Shown: in pieces, positions 20,797 through 33,955 of the stretch
Layout of the letters: every line of letters starts with the position of its first letter
Position numbering within the stretch: position 1 is the stretch's first letter
NCBI RefSeq assembly: GCF_000142905.1
Contig: NW_013657669.1
Location: 372,001 to 436,000, forward strand
Length of the DNA stretch: 64,000 bases
Source: Thecamonas trahens ATCC 50062
Lineage: Eukaryota > Protista > Apusomonadida
Reading direction: 5' to 3'
The notes under the pieces: generated by a model
Seen by the model: the letters and a program-made list of their open reading frames with translations, nothing else
Database searches by the model: none
Told to the model about the DNA's origin: nothing
Program-made: the position numbers and the translations under genes

Positions 20797-21861
20797 ATGT
20801 CTCCCTCTTCCCTTGCACTGGTGCTGGTGCTGGTGCTGGTGGCGGCAGCCATGCCGGCGAAAGCGACTGGCTTTGCCGGCCTGCCTGCGGGCAACGTCAC
20901 CACGTTCACCATTGATCTCGACTCGCCGCCCGAGGACCATTTCAAGGCCGTGACCGAGGCGTACAAGGAGCAGATCGGGGCGCTGCTGGCGTTCATTGCG
21001 CAAGCCATTCCGAGCAAGTATGTGCCGCTGGCGGAAAAGGTGGCGGCCGATGTCGAGTTTGTCTTTGGCGCCGAGGTTGCGGGCGAGCTCCGCGGCATGG
21101 CGGCGACGTCGGGCTACTCGCTCGGCGAGATCACCCTGCTCAACGTGCTGTACGAGTTGACTGCATACTGCACCTCCATCGTGACTAAGACTGCCGACGG
21201 CCGCCTTGTTCACGCTCGCAACCTTGACTACGGCCTCTCGCCGGCGCTGGCCAACGTTACCTACCACGCCGTCTTTGTCCGCGGCAACACGACGGTGTTT
21301 GAGGCGACTACCTTTGCCGGCTTTGCCGGTGTCCTCACCGGCATGTCCAAGACCATCTCGGTCACCGTCGACGAGCGTGACCAGGGCTTCCCGTGGGAGA
21401 ACGCCTTTGCTGCGCTGTTTGAGGGCGGCAAGGCCGTGACTTTTCTCATCCGCGAGCTGCTCGAGTCGGCGAGCCCCGTTGCCTATGATGCGGCGGTGAC
21501 AACGCTATCGCGCACTCCGCTCATTGCGCCGTCGTACGTCATTGTCGGAGGCGGTACCGAAAACGACGGCACCATCATCGCCCGTAACCGCTACGACGCC
21601 GCGGGCTATCTTGAGCTGCAACCGCTCTCGGCCACACCGTGGATTGTCGTCACCAACTACGACATGTGGAAGCCTGACAACCCCAAGGATCCACGCCGGA
21701 CGTACGCGCTTGAGCATCTCTCTGCCATCGGCGCCGCCCATCTCACCCCGATGGCTCTCCTCGATGTCATCGCCACCCCTCCGGTCCTCAACCACAAGAC
21801 CGTGTACTCGATCGTCGCCTGTGTCGGCACCCAAGAGTATGTCTCGTATCTCCGCGCGTGA
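20797..21861 (+). CDS. NAAA: N-acylethanolamine acid amidase / acid ceramidase (Ntn hydrolase C89)
   Basis: Signal peptide, 'IDLDSPPEDHF', 'ELRGMA', autocleavage nucleophile 'YCTSIV', 'HARNLDY', 'GFAGVLTG', 'VVTNYD', 'DPRR'. Confidence 0.9.
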   Translation: MSPSSLALVLVLVLVAAAMPAKATGFAGLPAGNVTTFTIDLDSPPEDHFKAVTEAYKEQIGALLAFIAQAIPSKYVPLAEKVAADVEFVFGAEVAGELRGMAATSGYSLGEITLLNVLYELTAYCTSIVTKTADGRLVHARNLDYGLSPALANVTYHAVFVRGNTTVFEATTFAGFAGVLTGMSKTISVTVDERDQGFPWENAFAALFEGGKAVTFLIRELLESASPVAYDAAVTTLSRTPLIAPSYVIVGGGTENDGTIIARNRYDAAGYLELQPLSATPWIVVTNYDMWKPDNPKDPRRTYALEHLSAIGAAHLTPMALLDVIATPPVLNHKTVYSIVACVGTQEYVSYLRA

Positions 21862-22645
21862 TCGGTGTCTCCCGCCTCCATCGCATTCCTCTACTCTCTG
21901 CCAGGCTTTGTTGCCCTGCTGCAGAACTGTCCGCCGCAACGTCCGCGATCGCGACCGCAACTCACTGCAGCCTGCAGCCCTTCTTTTCGTACAGTAACAC
22001 TCTACGCCCCCCCCCCCCTCCGCTATCGAGCATGACTCGTCACAATCCGATTGTACTCCTCTCCCTCTCCCGAGAGGCGACGACCGGCCGAGTCGCATTG
22101 CGTCAGCTGCCACGCCCACCCACCCAACTCCATCCTCCCTCCCCTCCCCCCCCCCCCATNNNNNNNNNNNNNNNNNNNNNNNNNNNNNNNNNNNNNNNNN
22201 NNNNNNNNNNNNNNNNNNNNNNNNNNNNNNNNNNNNNNNNNNNNNNNNNNNNNNNNNNNNNNNNNNNNNNNNNNNNNNNNNNNNNNNNNNNNNNNNNNNN
22301 NNNNNNNNNNNNNNNNNNNNNNNNNNNNNNNNNNNNNNNNNNNNNNNNNNNNNNNNNNNNNNNNNNNNNNNNNNNNNNNNNNNNNNNNNNNNNNNNNNNN
22401 NNNNNNNNNNNNNNNNNNNNNNNNNNNNNNNNNNNNNNNNNNNNNNNNNNNNNNNNNNNNNNNNNNNNNNNNNNNNNNNNNNNNNNNNNNNNNNNNNNNN
22501 NNNNNNNNNNNNNNNNNNNNNNNNNNNNNNNNNNNNNNNNNNNNNNNNNNNNNNNNNNNNNNNNNNNNNNNNNNNNNNNNNNNNNNNNNNNNNNNNNNNN
22601 NNNNNNNCCCCCCCCCCCCACCACCCCCTGCCCAATCCCGGCGCC

Positions 22646-24205
22646 ATGCCGCTCCCCGGCCGCAGCTCACACATCAAGCTCAACTACACCTACGGAACAT
22701 CCCTGCCGTTCCGCAAGACCGAGCTCACACCTCCTGAACCTGCCGCCCCCGAGCCTTCACCCACGCCCACGACCACGCCCACGTCGGCTACGTCGACCAC
22801 CTCGCCGCCTCCCGCCTCGCCGCCTGCTGCCTCGCCACCCGCTGCCTCGCCACCCGCTGTCTCGTCGCCCGCCTCATCCTCCACATCTCCGGCCATGCCA
22901 ACGGCCACGCGTGCCCCCTCCTCATCGGACAAGCTGCGGCCGGCCAAGATCGCTTACGCCACCCAGGAGCGGCTGATTGTCAACCCGGCCGTGACCAAGC
23001 GGACGCTGCTGGCGGCGTACTACATCCTCACGCCCGAACAGTATGCCGGTGTTGAGACTGAGCGTGCCGCTGATGGCCGCTGCGGCTATCCGCTTTGCTC
23101 CAAGGCCACGGTCGACGCCTCGCCGCGCGGCAGGTTCCGCATCACCCGTGACGGCCTCCTCGACACCACCCGCGCTCGCATGTTCTGCTCACCCGAGTGC
23201 ACCAAGGCGTCTGCGTTCTTTGGTAAGCAGCTGCCGACCGACCCGCTCGCCGCCCGCAACATCGCCGCCCTCGAGGCTGCCGGCGGCGCGGTGACTTACG
23301 ACGACATGGACGCGGACGGCCGCGTCAAGCCCGACGCGCTCCGTGTGCTCTCCGCACCGGTCTCGCGGCCAAAGGCGAGCGTTGCAGCCGCAGAGCCGAT
23401 TCCGACACCGACGCTTGCCCCGGCGCGCAAGCCTGACGCCCGCCCGCTCTCCCATGCCGTGGTCGAGCGCGACACATCGGCGGCACCGGTGGTGGCGCCA
23501 CAGGAGACTCGCATCGCGCCGCCGCTCTTGCCCTCCAATGCACACCTGCACTACCAGCTCAACCCGCAGACGGGCCCGCCTTCAGCCTCGTCGTCGGTCT
23601 CGTCTGTTGCCGGCTCGGAGACCGACGAGACCGAGGTGTGGGACGACGACACAAGCAGCGAGGTCGTCGAGTATGGCGACGACGACGACGATGACGACGA
23701 TGATGGCGAGATCGTGCTCCCCGAGCCGTCGAGCTTTGTTCAGGTAGCGATGGTGCTGATGGCACTGGTCACACCTGCTACCGCGGTCTTTGTGGCCAAC
23801 GGCAATCCCGACGCGCCCGACGTGCCTGTCGAGTCCCCGGCCCAGCTCTCGCGCAAGTTTGAGCATGTCCAGTACCGCGAGCTGGTCAAGGGCACGGTTC
23901 TACGCGAGCTCTCGGACGCGTTGCCCGACTTTTGCTACAAGGCCGATGGCGTGCCGCTGAGGGCGCTGAGCCTGGTCGAAGACGTCGCTGCCACCTTTGC
24001 CTACTTTACCAACATCCCAGACCTCCCGCGCCCACTCTGGTCCGTCGTTGCGCTCGTTCTCCTCCACGCGCTCCGGGCCCGATCCCCCGAGCTAGACGCC
24101 TTTCTCGCCTCCAACACTGTCCACTGCGCCGGCGTCCTCCGCGCCGCCGGCATCGACCCGACCTCGCTCAACTCGCTTGTCCTCATGGTCACTGGCGCGT
24201 CGTGA
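22646..24205 (+). CDS. RPAP2: RNA polymerase II CTD phosphatase RPAP2/Rtr1 homolog
   Basis: 'TPEQYAGVETERAADGRCGYPLC...MFCSPECTKASAFFGKQL' is the Rtr1/RPAP2 zinc motif. The start is uncertain because a gap lies just upstream. Confidence 0.88.
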   Translation: MPLPGRSSHIKLNYTYGTSLPFRKTELTPPEPAAPEPSPTPTTTPTSATSTTSPPPASPPAASPPAASPPAVSSPASSSTSPAMPTATRAPSSSDKLRPAKIAYATQERLIVNPAVTKRTLLAAYYILTPEQYAGVETERAADGRCGYPLCSKATVDASPRGRFRITRDGLLDTTRARMFCSPECTKASAFFGKQLPTDPLAARNIAALEAAGGAVTYDDMDADGRVKPDALRVLSAPVSRPKASVAAAEPIPTPTLAPARKPDARPLSHAVVERDTSAAPVVAPQETRIAPPLLPSNAHLHYQLNPQTGPPSASSSVSSVAGSETDETEVWDDDTSSEVVEYGDDDDDDDDDGEIVLPEPSSFVQVAMVLMALVTPATAVFVANGNPDAPDVPVESPAQLSRKFEHVQYRELVKGTVLRELSDALPDFCYKADGVPLRALSLVEDVAATFAYFTNIPDLPRPLWSVVALVLLHALRARSPELDAFLASNTVHCAGVLRAAGIDPTSLNSLVLMVTGAS

Positions 24206-24504
24206 TGAACGAGGGTGATGATGATGATGATGATGATGATGATAGCGAATGCCTGCACTCGCCCACCGACCGTGCCGAGTCGTCCCAAAAAATATTTCCT
24301 CCGCCCCATGCTCCGCCCCATCTCCACGCATTGTTGTCGTGGCAGCCCTCGTTCGGCCTCCCTCCCCTCCCCCCCCTTCCTCCACCACCCCTACCCCTTC
24401 TCTGGCTCCCTCCCGTCAGCGGCCACCGCACAGCCACAGCCTCTCCCAGCTACACCTGACACTCGACCCAGGAAACTACCACAATCTCCACTCACCACAC
24501 CAGG

Positions 24505-27500
24505 ATGGAGGAGCTACTGGCCCCGCTGCCGCCGCACTGGGTGCCTGTCCCTGCACCCCAAACGGCTGCTTCCCTTTCGGCCGCCTCGTCCGACCAAAAA
24601 CCAGCAACGGCGACGTCAACGACGGCGTCGACGACGGCCTCGGTGGCCACGACGTCGGCTTCCGCCTCTACTGCCATTCCGCCTATCCTCCTCGCTACGA
24701 CCCGTCAGCCGGCTCCGTGCCGGACTACCGAGCCGCCACCGGCGCCGTTTGCCCCGCCCTTTGTCCTGCCCAAGGCCGTTCCTCTCTCGGCCCCACCATC
24801 GGCTGAGGACTTGCTCGCTGAGGACCCGTCCGCCGATGCTGACTTGAAGGCCAGTGGCGAAGTGGTCGAGGACAGCGGGGACTCGTCGTCGAGCGACTCG
24901 TCGAGCTCGGCCTCGGGCTCGGGCACGTCGAGCTCGGGCTCGGGGTCATCGTCGAGCTCCGACTCGAGCTCCGACTCGAGTTCGGGCGACGGAGGCAAGG
25001 AGGAGAAAACTGCGCCGGCAGCGCCACCGGCAAAGCGGCGCCAGTCGCTGGCGCAAAACTCCAGCTCGATGGTCGACATGGCGGTCCAGCTGGCGCAGTC
25101 GACGCTCAAGGCGGCAGCGCCGGCGCTCGATCGTCCTGTGCCGCTCAAGACAGCACCCGCGCCCGAGGGCTACTCGCCTGCACGTGAGCTGGCGAACCGG
25201 GCGCTCGACGTGGCCACCCGCGAGTGGATAACGGCCGGGCCCGAGTGCGATGCCGTCGTCTACAAGGGCCTCCGCCCGCTCATGGTGGACGCGCTCGACG
25301 ACCCGCAGTTTGCACTCCTCCCACCGGACCAGGAGCACCACGTGGCGCCGACACCGGAAGTGGCCACCGACGACAACGCGAACGACTCTGACCTTGCTGA
25401 TGCTGTTCCGGTCGAGCTCCCGCCCAAGGGCGACAAGCCAAGCTCGACGCTGGAGCCTCCGGCTCCGCTCATCCGGCTGTCGCGAGCGGTGACGTTTGTG
25501 CCCGACGCGGTGGCGCACCCGACGCCTATTGTGGCACACGCTGAGCTTCCGGAGCAGCTCCACGAGAACGCTGGCGCGCTCTTTCTCCACCTCATTGTCC
25601 GCGACCTCCGGCTTGGAGTCCACCTCAATCTGGCAGTCCCGGAGCCGCTCATCTGCACACTCGCCATTTACGACACCGCCAGGTTTGAGCGGGTCTCGGA
25701 AGACTTCCACTTTGAGCTCAACTCGGACCGTAACCTGGAGACGCTGGGCATCGATGCCGATGGGCTCACCCGGATCCGGTCTGCGCTCTTCACGGTGAAT
25801 AACCGGGCGCCGACGCTCGCGCTTGTTCTCTCGGTCTCGCGGCTCATCTCCAAGGACGTTTCCGCGGCGTTTGACCTGTACATGAAGGGCGCCAAGGCGT
25901 CGGAGAAGGCTGTCAACAAGCACTTTGCCACAGTCCGCGAAAAGTCGACCCGTATCCGCGAGTTCTGGACTCCGTTCCTCTGGTCAGCGCTCCCGCTCTT
26001 CTCGCGGGCCGGCGAACTGCTGCACTCGGGCAAGGGTCTCGAGTTCTCGGCCTTTGTCCGCGACCGCGGTGACTTTACCGAGGTTACGCTCGCAGAAGCC
26101 GTTGATGAGATGCTGTTCAAGGACAAGCGGAAGAAGCTCAAGCTCCTGCCCAAGTCTGCGCTGGTCTTTGACCTGCATGTTGTCGAGCCGACGGCGGTGC
26201 CGAACCGGATGGACGCCATGGGCGCCCACATTCGCGATGCCAGCGACGTTGCCGACGGCGGCTCCCAGGCGGAAGCGGGCGCGTCATCGTCGTCACTTGC
26301 TGACCGCGGGAGCCCGCTTTCGACTCCGCGCGAGCCGGTGGCATTCACCCGCGAGCTCCTCCCGCTGCCGTTCCAGGAGGCACCTCGCCTTGCGGCGTTC
26401 CCGTCGATCAACTTTCGGAACTCGCTGCAGATCCTGCTGGAGACGCTCGACCTCACGCCGGCGAGCTCCGTTGCTGACGCCAACTTTCGCAACGCGGTGG
26501 TCAAGATCGAGTTCCGGTCATCAGACGCGGCGCCCGACGATCCGGATGGGGTGGTGGCCTCGTGCTGGGGGCACGGCCCGGCGGCGGCGTCGATGGTGCC
26601 GTACGTCTACTCGCGGGTTGTCTACCGCGAGAAAACGCCCGCGTTCAACGACGAGGTGCGCATCGCGCTACCGGTTGAGCTGACGGCCAAGCACCATGTG
26701 CTCTTCTCGTTCTACCACGTTCTTGTCAAGCCGAAGAAGAAGGAGGCGCGCCGCATCATTCTCGGCGGCTACGCGGTGCTCCCGCTGGTCAACCCGGTCT
26801 CGGGCGCGCTTCTCCGGCCGGACCACGTGTACACACTCCCGATTGCATCGTCGCTTCCAAACAACTACCTCGAGTTCCTCAAGGCCGGCAAGCTGCCATG
26901 GCTTGCCAACAAAGACCCGCTGTTCCGGTTCAAGGTCTCGCTCTCGTCGAACCTCTACCCGACCGACCGCAGCCTTGTGCGGATCTTTTCACACCCGTCG
27001 AGCTCTGCGTCTGTGGGCGAGCTGGTGGCCGGCGTGGGCCGGCTCGACCAGGCTGCTGCCGCCGCCCACTTTGTGGTTCTCGCCGACCGGCTGCTCGAGT
27101 ACATGGTTGCGTTTGAGGACGAGGTACTCTGCGACGCCGATGCGGGCGACGACGAGGCGCTGGCGGCCAAGCTCTCACCGGCATACGGCTCGGTGGCGGC
27201 CTTTATGGCGCTGCTGCGGCTGGTGGCGGTGACACAGGGCGCGCGCGGGAGTGTTGCAGGATCAGTCCCCACCCCCGACGGGCGGCTGCCGCTCTTCTCA
27301 CTCTACCTCCACCATGCGAGCTTCAACGCCTCGGTCCACACCATTTTGCTCCGGCTCGCGGGCCTCTTTGCCGAGACTCCTGCGCTCGCCAAGAGCGTTC
27401 CTCTGGCAAGCACGGCGTGGTTTGTGCTCGAGCTCGCACTGCGGTCGCTGTTCCTTGCGCGGGCGAGCGCCGAGGCACACTTTGACCTTGCGAGCGAGCC

Positions 27501-30500
27501 CGAGCTGTTCAAGGCGATCACGACGTGCATGCGCGGGCTTGTCCAGCTTGCGCTCACCTCGAACGAGCTCATTACCTCGCGGTCGCTGCTAGAGCACATT
27601 GCGGTCTTTATTCGCGACCTGCTCCGGGTGGCCAACCGCTCAGCAGTCCTCCACTGGTTCCAGTACGTGTTTGCGCGGCTCGAGTCGGGTGCGGCCAAGG
27701 CTGCCGGAGTGACGACGGCGCTGCAGGTTCATCTTGTCCGGCTTCGGTTTGACGTCGTCCGCATTCTCTCGCAGTTTGAGCACTACCTTCCGCTGCTCTT
27801 CCGCCATGGCGAGGCGGTGACAGGCTCGCTTGCGGCGGCGCTGGCGGATGCGTCGCCGCTTCTGCAGGCTCTCTCACAGACACACTTTGTGTCGACGCTC
27901 GCGTCTGCGGCGCTGGTGGGCACGCTCGAGGCGAGCTCGGCGTCGTTTGGCCAGCGGAGTGATGCAGTGGCGGCCATGTCGGACGTATTTGCGCGACTCG
28001 ATGCCGACGCGCGGTACCAATCCAAGGCTGCACGCGAGCACATCGCCGCGTCGCACTTTGCGCTTGTTGTGCTTCTTGTCTCGTCGTTTGACTCGATGGC
28101 GAGCTGGCGGGCCAAGGCGAGCCTCTCGCAGCAGCGGCAGGTGTACATGATGGCGCTGTACGTGCTGCGGCACGTGTCGCGGGCCGACCTCGGCCACTGG
28201 CTGGCGGCCGAGTCTACGGGCACGCAGTCGCGGTTCATCTCGCTGCTGGTGGCGATTGCCGGAGCATTTCTCTACAACCCCGAGGCTGACTCTGGCGCCG
28301 AGACAGCCGAGTCTGTGGCCAAGGGCTCCATGCAGGCACTGGAGGCGTTCTACACTGGCGCCGGAGCAGGCACCGGCTCTTCGACGGGCTCATCGCCGCG
28401 GGGTGGCGAGGACAAGTCGGGCTCGCCGGGCACCTCGTCGAGCGGTACCCGGTTCCGACGGTCTGCAACGACAATGCGGACACACGCGATCGGGACGCGG
28501 TCGTCGCCGCTGCGGTCGTCGGCGCGGGCCAAGGCCGGGACGCGGCGTTACAAGGCCGGTGGAACACTCAAAGGCCTTGACGCCGGCGCGCTGCGGGCAG
28601 GACAGGACGGTGCGTCGCCGCGGCTGGCTCCCGAGGTGGAGGCCAAGCGGCAGCGGCTGCTGACCCAGAGCGTGACGGCTGTCATTGTCGACGTCATGCG
28701 GGTTCTGTTCGAGCTCAACCTGCACGTGGCCAAGCCGCGGGACAAGGGCAGTGTCGAGGCACAGGCCGAGGGAGGCAGCAACGGCGATGGCGGTAACGGC
28801 AGCGAGGGCGGTGACAGCGAGGCAGAGCCTAGCCCCGGCGGGGTGGCCGAAGCCGAGGCGGCCGAGAAGCTGGCGTCTGCCAAGCAAGAGGCGGCGCACT
28901 CTGAGGATGAGCTTGTAGGCAAGATGCTGGAGGTGTACGTGTCGCTGCTGCGGTCGGCACAGGCCGTAGAGGCGTACAGGGTGATGTTTGAACATGTGCG
29001 TGTGCTTGTGGCCGAGAACGCCGACGCTATGTTCGCCATCCAGAAGCCGTACTGTGCATCGCTGGCGTCGTCGCTGCTTCCGCTGTGCAACACACGGGTG
29101 GACAGCGTTCGCGCTGCCGCCGCGGCTTCCTCTACTTTATGATGAAGGTCAACTACTCGGCGTACGGCAACATCCGCAAGTGTGAGACGCAGATCACGGT
29201 GGCGCTGGCGGAGCTCATTTCGTCAGGCGAGGCTCCGGAAGACACATACATCCGCAAAGCGCTTGACGCGATTGCGCACCTTGCCGAGACGGACGGAGCA
29301 AGCGTGCCGATGGCGGCCAAGTCTGTGCTCACGCTCCGCAAGGGAACGTCGCTCAAGGCAGCGGCGGCAAACGGGCCGTTGACGTTTGGCGAGATGGTGG
29401 TGAGTTTCAAGGATCTGCTCATGACGGTCCTCCGCAACACGATCGAGATTTCCATCGAGCAGCGACAGGAGCCCGTGGACGCAGCGCAGCTGGCAGATCT
29501 GTACTATGGCATTGTGCGCGGGTACATGACGGCACCGGAGCTGCGCATTGCGTGGCTGACCGGCCTCTCCAAGGTCCACGAAAAGTACGAGAACTGGTGC
29601 GAGGCGGCGATCTGCAAGTGCTGGATCGCAACGACGGTGGCCGAGGCGCTGGCGCAGGACGACCCGTCGTTCCTGTACGACTTTCGGGTCATGTCACGGA
29701 TCGCACCCGAGTACCAGCGAATCTCGCCAGCGACGCGCGAAGACATTCTTGGCGGGCTGGCTAACTCGTCGGAGGCGTTTATGGAGGGCTCTATCGTGTC
29801 GCTGGTCTCTGTGGCGGTCAAGTACTTTGCCAAGGCCTCGTTGTACGAGCTTGTCAACCAGGCATATAAGCTGCTCATTCCGCGGCTGGAGGCGCGCGGG
29901 ATGTGGCGGCTCCTCGGCGAGGTCCACTCGCACCTTGTGGAGATGATGGGCGAGATCGAGCGGGTGAACGATGCACGCGGAACGCGGCAGCTTGGGGCGT
30001 ACTACCGGGTCGGGTTTTACGGACCGATGTTCGAGAGCCTCCGGGCTGACGGCGAGGCTGCCGGAGCGACGTCAGACGACTACCTGCGGACGGCGCTCGG
30101 CGTCGAGTTTGTGTACAAGGAGGCGCCGTTCACGCACCTGTACACGCTCACGGAGCACCTCTCGTCGATCTTTGTGACGTCAGGGCGGTTCCCAGAGGGC
30201 ACGATCGAGATCATCAAGGACTCGCGGCCGATCGAGGTGGACGACCTCGAGCCCGGCAAGGGCTACATCCAGATCACATCGCTCGAGCCGTATCTCTCTG
30301 CGCGCGAGGCCGCGGAGCGCAAGACCGACTTTGCCACGATTGCTGGCGTTGACAAGTTCATTTACGAGACGCCGTTCACCAAGTCAGGCAAGGCGCGCGG
30401 GTCGACGAGTCAGCAGTGGAAGCGCAAGACGATTCTGCGTGTGGCGACGCCGTTCCCGCACCTCCTCAAGCGGTCGCGGGTGGTCGAGTGCACAACGGTG

Positions 30501-31184
30501 GAGCTTTCGCCGTTGGAGAACGGGGTGGAGGCGATTGCGTCGCGGGTCGCCGGTCTCAGGACGGCGGTCGGCAAGGGCGAGCTCAAGGTGCTCCTGCAGC
30601 TGCTTCAGGGATCGGTCCTTCTGCAGGTCAACGCGGGCGCCATCGAGATTGCCGAGGCCTTCCTCGGGCCCAACGCGCCTAAGGCGGGCGACGACGACGA
30701 GCTCAATCCGATCCTCCTCGAACGGCTGCGTGTCCAGCTCGGGCTCTTCCTCGACGCGTGCGGCGACGGTCTTGTTATTTCCAAGTCGCTCATCTCGCTC
30801 GAGCAGGCCCCACTGCAGGAGGAGATGGAGCGTGGGTACGGGTCGCTCTCAGAGCAGATGGCGCCGTACCTGCTCGAGCGCGAGGAGCGCGAGGCATTCT
30901 GGGCCGCACGCGCCGAGGCGGAGGCTGCGGCTGCGGCTGCGGCAGCAGCTGCCGCACGCGCCGCAGCCGAGGCGGAAGCCGCAGCTGCGGAGGTTGCAGC
31001 TGCAGCTGCCACTGCCGCTGCCGATGCCGAGGGCGAGGGTGAAGATGATGCCGGGACCGAGGCCGAGGGTGAGGCCGAGGGCGAGGGCGATTCTGAGGCT
31101 GGCCATGAGGCCGAGGGCAAGAGCGAGGGCGAGGGCGAAGGCGAGGGTGAGGCCGAGGACGAGAGTAGCGGTGAGCTGCTTTAA
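24505..31184 (+). CDS. DOCK-family (DOCK6/7/8- or zizimin-like) Rho GEF, split by a 1-nt frameshift at ~29124
   Basis: 'EPLICTLAIYD...RVSEDFHF'; DHR-1 C2 'TPAFNDEVRIALPVELTAKHHVLFSFYHV'; DHR-2 'APELRIAWL', 'YYRVGFYG', 'FVYKE', 'FIYETPFT', 'LQGSVLLQVNAG'. ORFs 24505-29142 and 29085-31184 join as ...VRAAAA/GFLYFMMK. Confidence 0.93.
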
Positions 31185-31244
31185 CCCCCCAGGACAATGA
31201 ACTTAGCGCAGAGGCGCGTCTTGCAGGCGTGAGAAGACAAAACC

Positions 31245-33955
31245 TCACATGGCCGAAACCTTCTGCATCCACTTTGGGATCTCAGGCTTGCCCTTGTGGT
31301 CGGATGCGAGCCGTTCTTCACCGAGGCGCTTGAACTCCATGTACATGGCGGGGAACTTGCGGAGGACCGGATCGAGGTTGGTCTTTGTGAGCTCGAGGAG
31401 AACAACATCAGTCTTTGCGCGGATGGTGGCGGAGCGCGGCTGCTCAAGGAAGAGTGCGATCTCGCCAAAGAAGGCACCCTGGTTGAGGTCAAACTGTTTG
31501 CCCGAGTCGAGCTCGACGGTGACGACGCCCTCGGCGACAAAGTACATGGACGAGCCGAGGTCGCCCTTGCGGACGACGACGACGCCCGGGTCGAGGTGGC
31601 GACGGCGCATGACAGAGAGAATCTCGTCCATGAAGCGGGCGTCGACGACGTCGAGCTCCGGCCGCTCGGAGCCCTCTTGCGGGTGGTGCTCGATTGGACG
31701 ACGATCCTTGCGCGACGGCTCCCAGCCGCGCGGCTCCACCTCGAGTGAGCGGGCGTACTGGGCCTTGTCGTCCATGACGGGGACCGAGTCGAGGTAGGCG
31801 ACGATTGAATCGACCGGGTGGAAGATGTAGCGCTTGGCCTGAAAGGCGAGGACTTCACAGATGACGTTGTACGTCATGCGCTGCTTTTCGATGTTGAACA
31901 GGTCGTGCAGTGGGTTTGCAGCCGGAGCGACCGGTGCGGCAGGAGATGCTGGAGCGCTGTCGTCGGGCGGATCGAGACTGTCGGCCACATCGGCCTTCCC
32001 TTGCTCGCAGCGCTAGCTTCCGAGTCCGAGTCCGAGTCCGAGTCCGAGTCCGACGCCGCGAGGGCATCTGCGGCCATGAGTGACGAGAGCGGAGCGGCGC
32101 CGCGGTCGGAATCGTCATCGTCGTCGTCCGAGTCAGGCACGGCGAGGCGTGTCTCGTTGCCGTCGTCGATAAAGACGAGGTCTTGGAGGTGGACGCCGAG
32201 GTAGGGGACAAGCGGCGGGAGCGACTTGCGGAGAACGTCACGGTAAGCGCGGTAGTTGTGTGACATGGACATGAGCTCGCGGAGGTCAGCAAGGATGGTC
32301 ATGTAGTCTTCGGGGACGCGGGCCCAGGTCCACTTGAGGCGATCGACGGCGGCGCAAGAGAGGGCAGAGATGATGGCCATGAGGCCGGCGTAGTTGTGGA
32401 GGGCGGAGAGGTTTGCGGCGACGTCGAGGAGGAGGCAGATGGCGTGGGCACGGACTTCTGTGGTCTCGCCGCGAAGAACTTCTGTGGCGGCCCAGGCAAC
32501 CTCTGTGTTGAACCGCTCGATGGCGGCGATGACGTTGGGGCACTCGTCGGGGTGCTTGGCCCACTTTTGCTTGAGCAGCTCGACCGACTCGATGGCATGA
32601 AAGGCGGCAAAGTCGAGGAGAGTGAGCTGGCGGGCGACCTCGAGGGCGTGGACTTCGAGGACGGAGAAGGCCATGGTGGTGGAGCCGATGAGGATGGACT
32701 GCGGAGCGGCGACGGCGTCATTGGCGGAGAGCGGGCCGAGGCCGCGGCGGTCTGCGGCGTAGGACTCGACGCGCTTGAGATACTTGCGCTTGAGCTTGCG
32801 CGCGAGCTTGCGGGTGGCCTTGAGACAGTAGCAGGTATGCAGGTCGGCGACGCGATCGAGGAATGCGACGAGGGTCTTGGCGGCAGCGCTTTCTGGGTCT
32901 GCAAAAGAGACAAAGTAGTCTGAGATCCAGAGGCCGAGGACGTCAAAGACCTTGGCCTGGATGCCGGGCAGGGTGTGTGCGACAAAGTACGTGACGTGCG
33001 AGAGCGGCATGCAGTCGAAGCGGAGGGTGAGGAGGGTGACGAGGGTGTGGGTGGTGACAAACGCGGTGTGGGTGACAAGGACGAGACGAGTGAGGTCAGA
33101 GCGGGCGACGTTCGGCTGGGTGATGAGCTCGACCAGAGTGACCAAATCACAGCCGTTGACCTCAAATGCCAGATGCTTGGCGGCGTACGGCTGCGGGCGG
33201 GCGATGAGGACCTTGGGCAGGCGCATGCCCGAGTCGGTAACGATCGGGACGGCGCGGAAGCGGGCACCTTGCGGGAGGACTCCCTGGTCGGCGAGGGCTT
33301 TGCGCTCGCGCAAGCCGCGGATCCAGCCTTGCAAGCGGAGGACAGAGCCGAGGATGCGCTTGCGCTTGATAACAGCCATTTCTTTGAGCGCAGCTTTGAT
33401 CTCAGCCTCGCGCTCCTCGCCTAGGTCTGCTGAGAAGCCGTTGCGGAGGAGCCTGTGGGAGATGACCAAGGAGCCGAGCGGGTCTGTGTCTGACGAGTAC
33501 AGCTCATCGTCGTCATCGCCCGCGGCGCCGCCATAGTTTGAAGTGCCGGACGCATGGGTACCGCTATCGCGCATGACGGCGGCGAGAGAGCGGTTGTAGG
33601 GTGCGGCCATGGGCGTGTCTGTGCTCTCGCCGTCGGAGGCGTCAGAGGCGACCGAGCCGTCGTCACTGGCGGCGGCGTCGCCCCAGACCAGTGAGCCCGC
33701 ACGGACAAGGCGCCTGCGCAGGGCAGCAGCCTCGCGGCGGGCAGCCTCCTTCCTCCTCTCTTCGTGCTCGCGGAAGGCAGCGAGGAGCTGGCGGCGAGCC
33801 GCAGCCTCACGGTCCTTCTTCCTGGCCACCTTGCGGAGCTTGTGGTCGACGACAGCACGTGCGGCGGCGGCTTCCTCGGCCTTTGCAGCCTCTCTGGCCT
33901 CCAGGCGAGCCCGTGTGGCGGCCACCTCGTCAGCGAACGTGGTGTTGGAGGGCAT
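31245..33955 (-). CDS. RasGEF with IQ motif, REM and CDC25 domains and a C-terminal cyclic-nucleotide-binding domain; 1-nt frameshift at ~31998-32000
   Basis: IQ-like 'VLRLQGWIRGLRERK'; REM 'LVTHTAFVTTHTLVTLLTLRF'; CDC25 'EVARQLTL', 'HNYAGLMAIISAL', 'PPLVPYLGVHLQDLVFIDDGN'. After the shift: 'NIEKQR...YARSLEVEPR' and CNB 'KGDLGSSMYFVAEG...FFGEIALFLEQPRSATIRA'. Confidence 0.92.
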
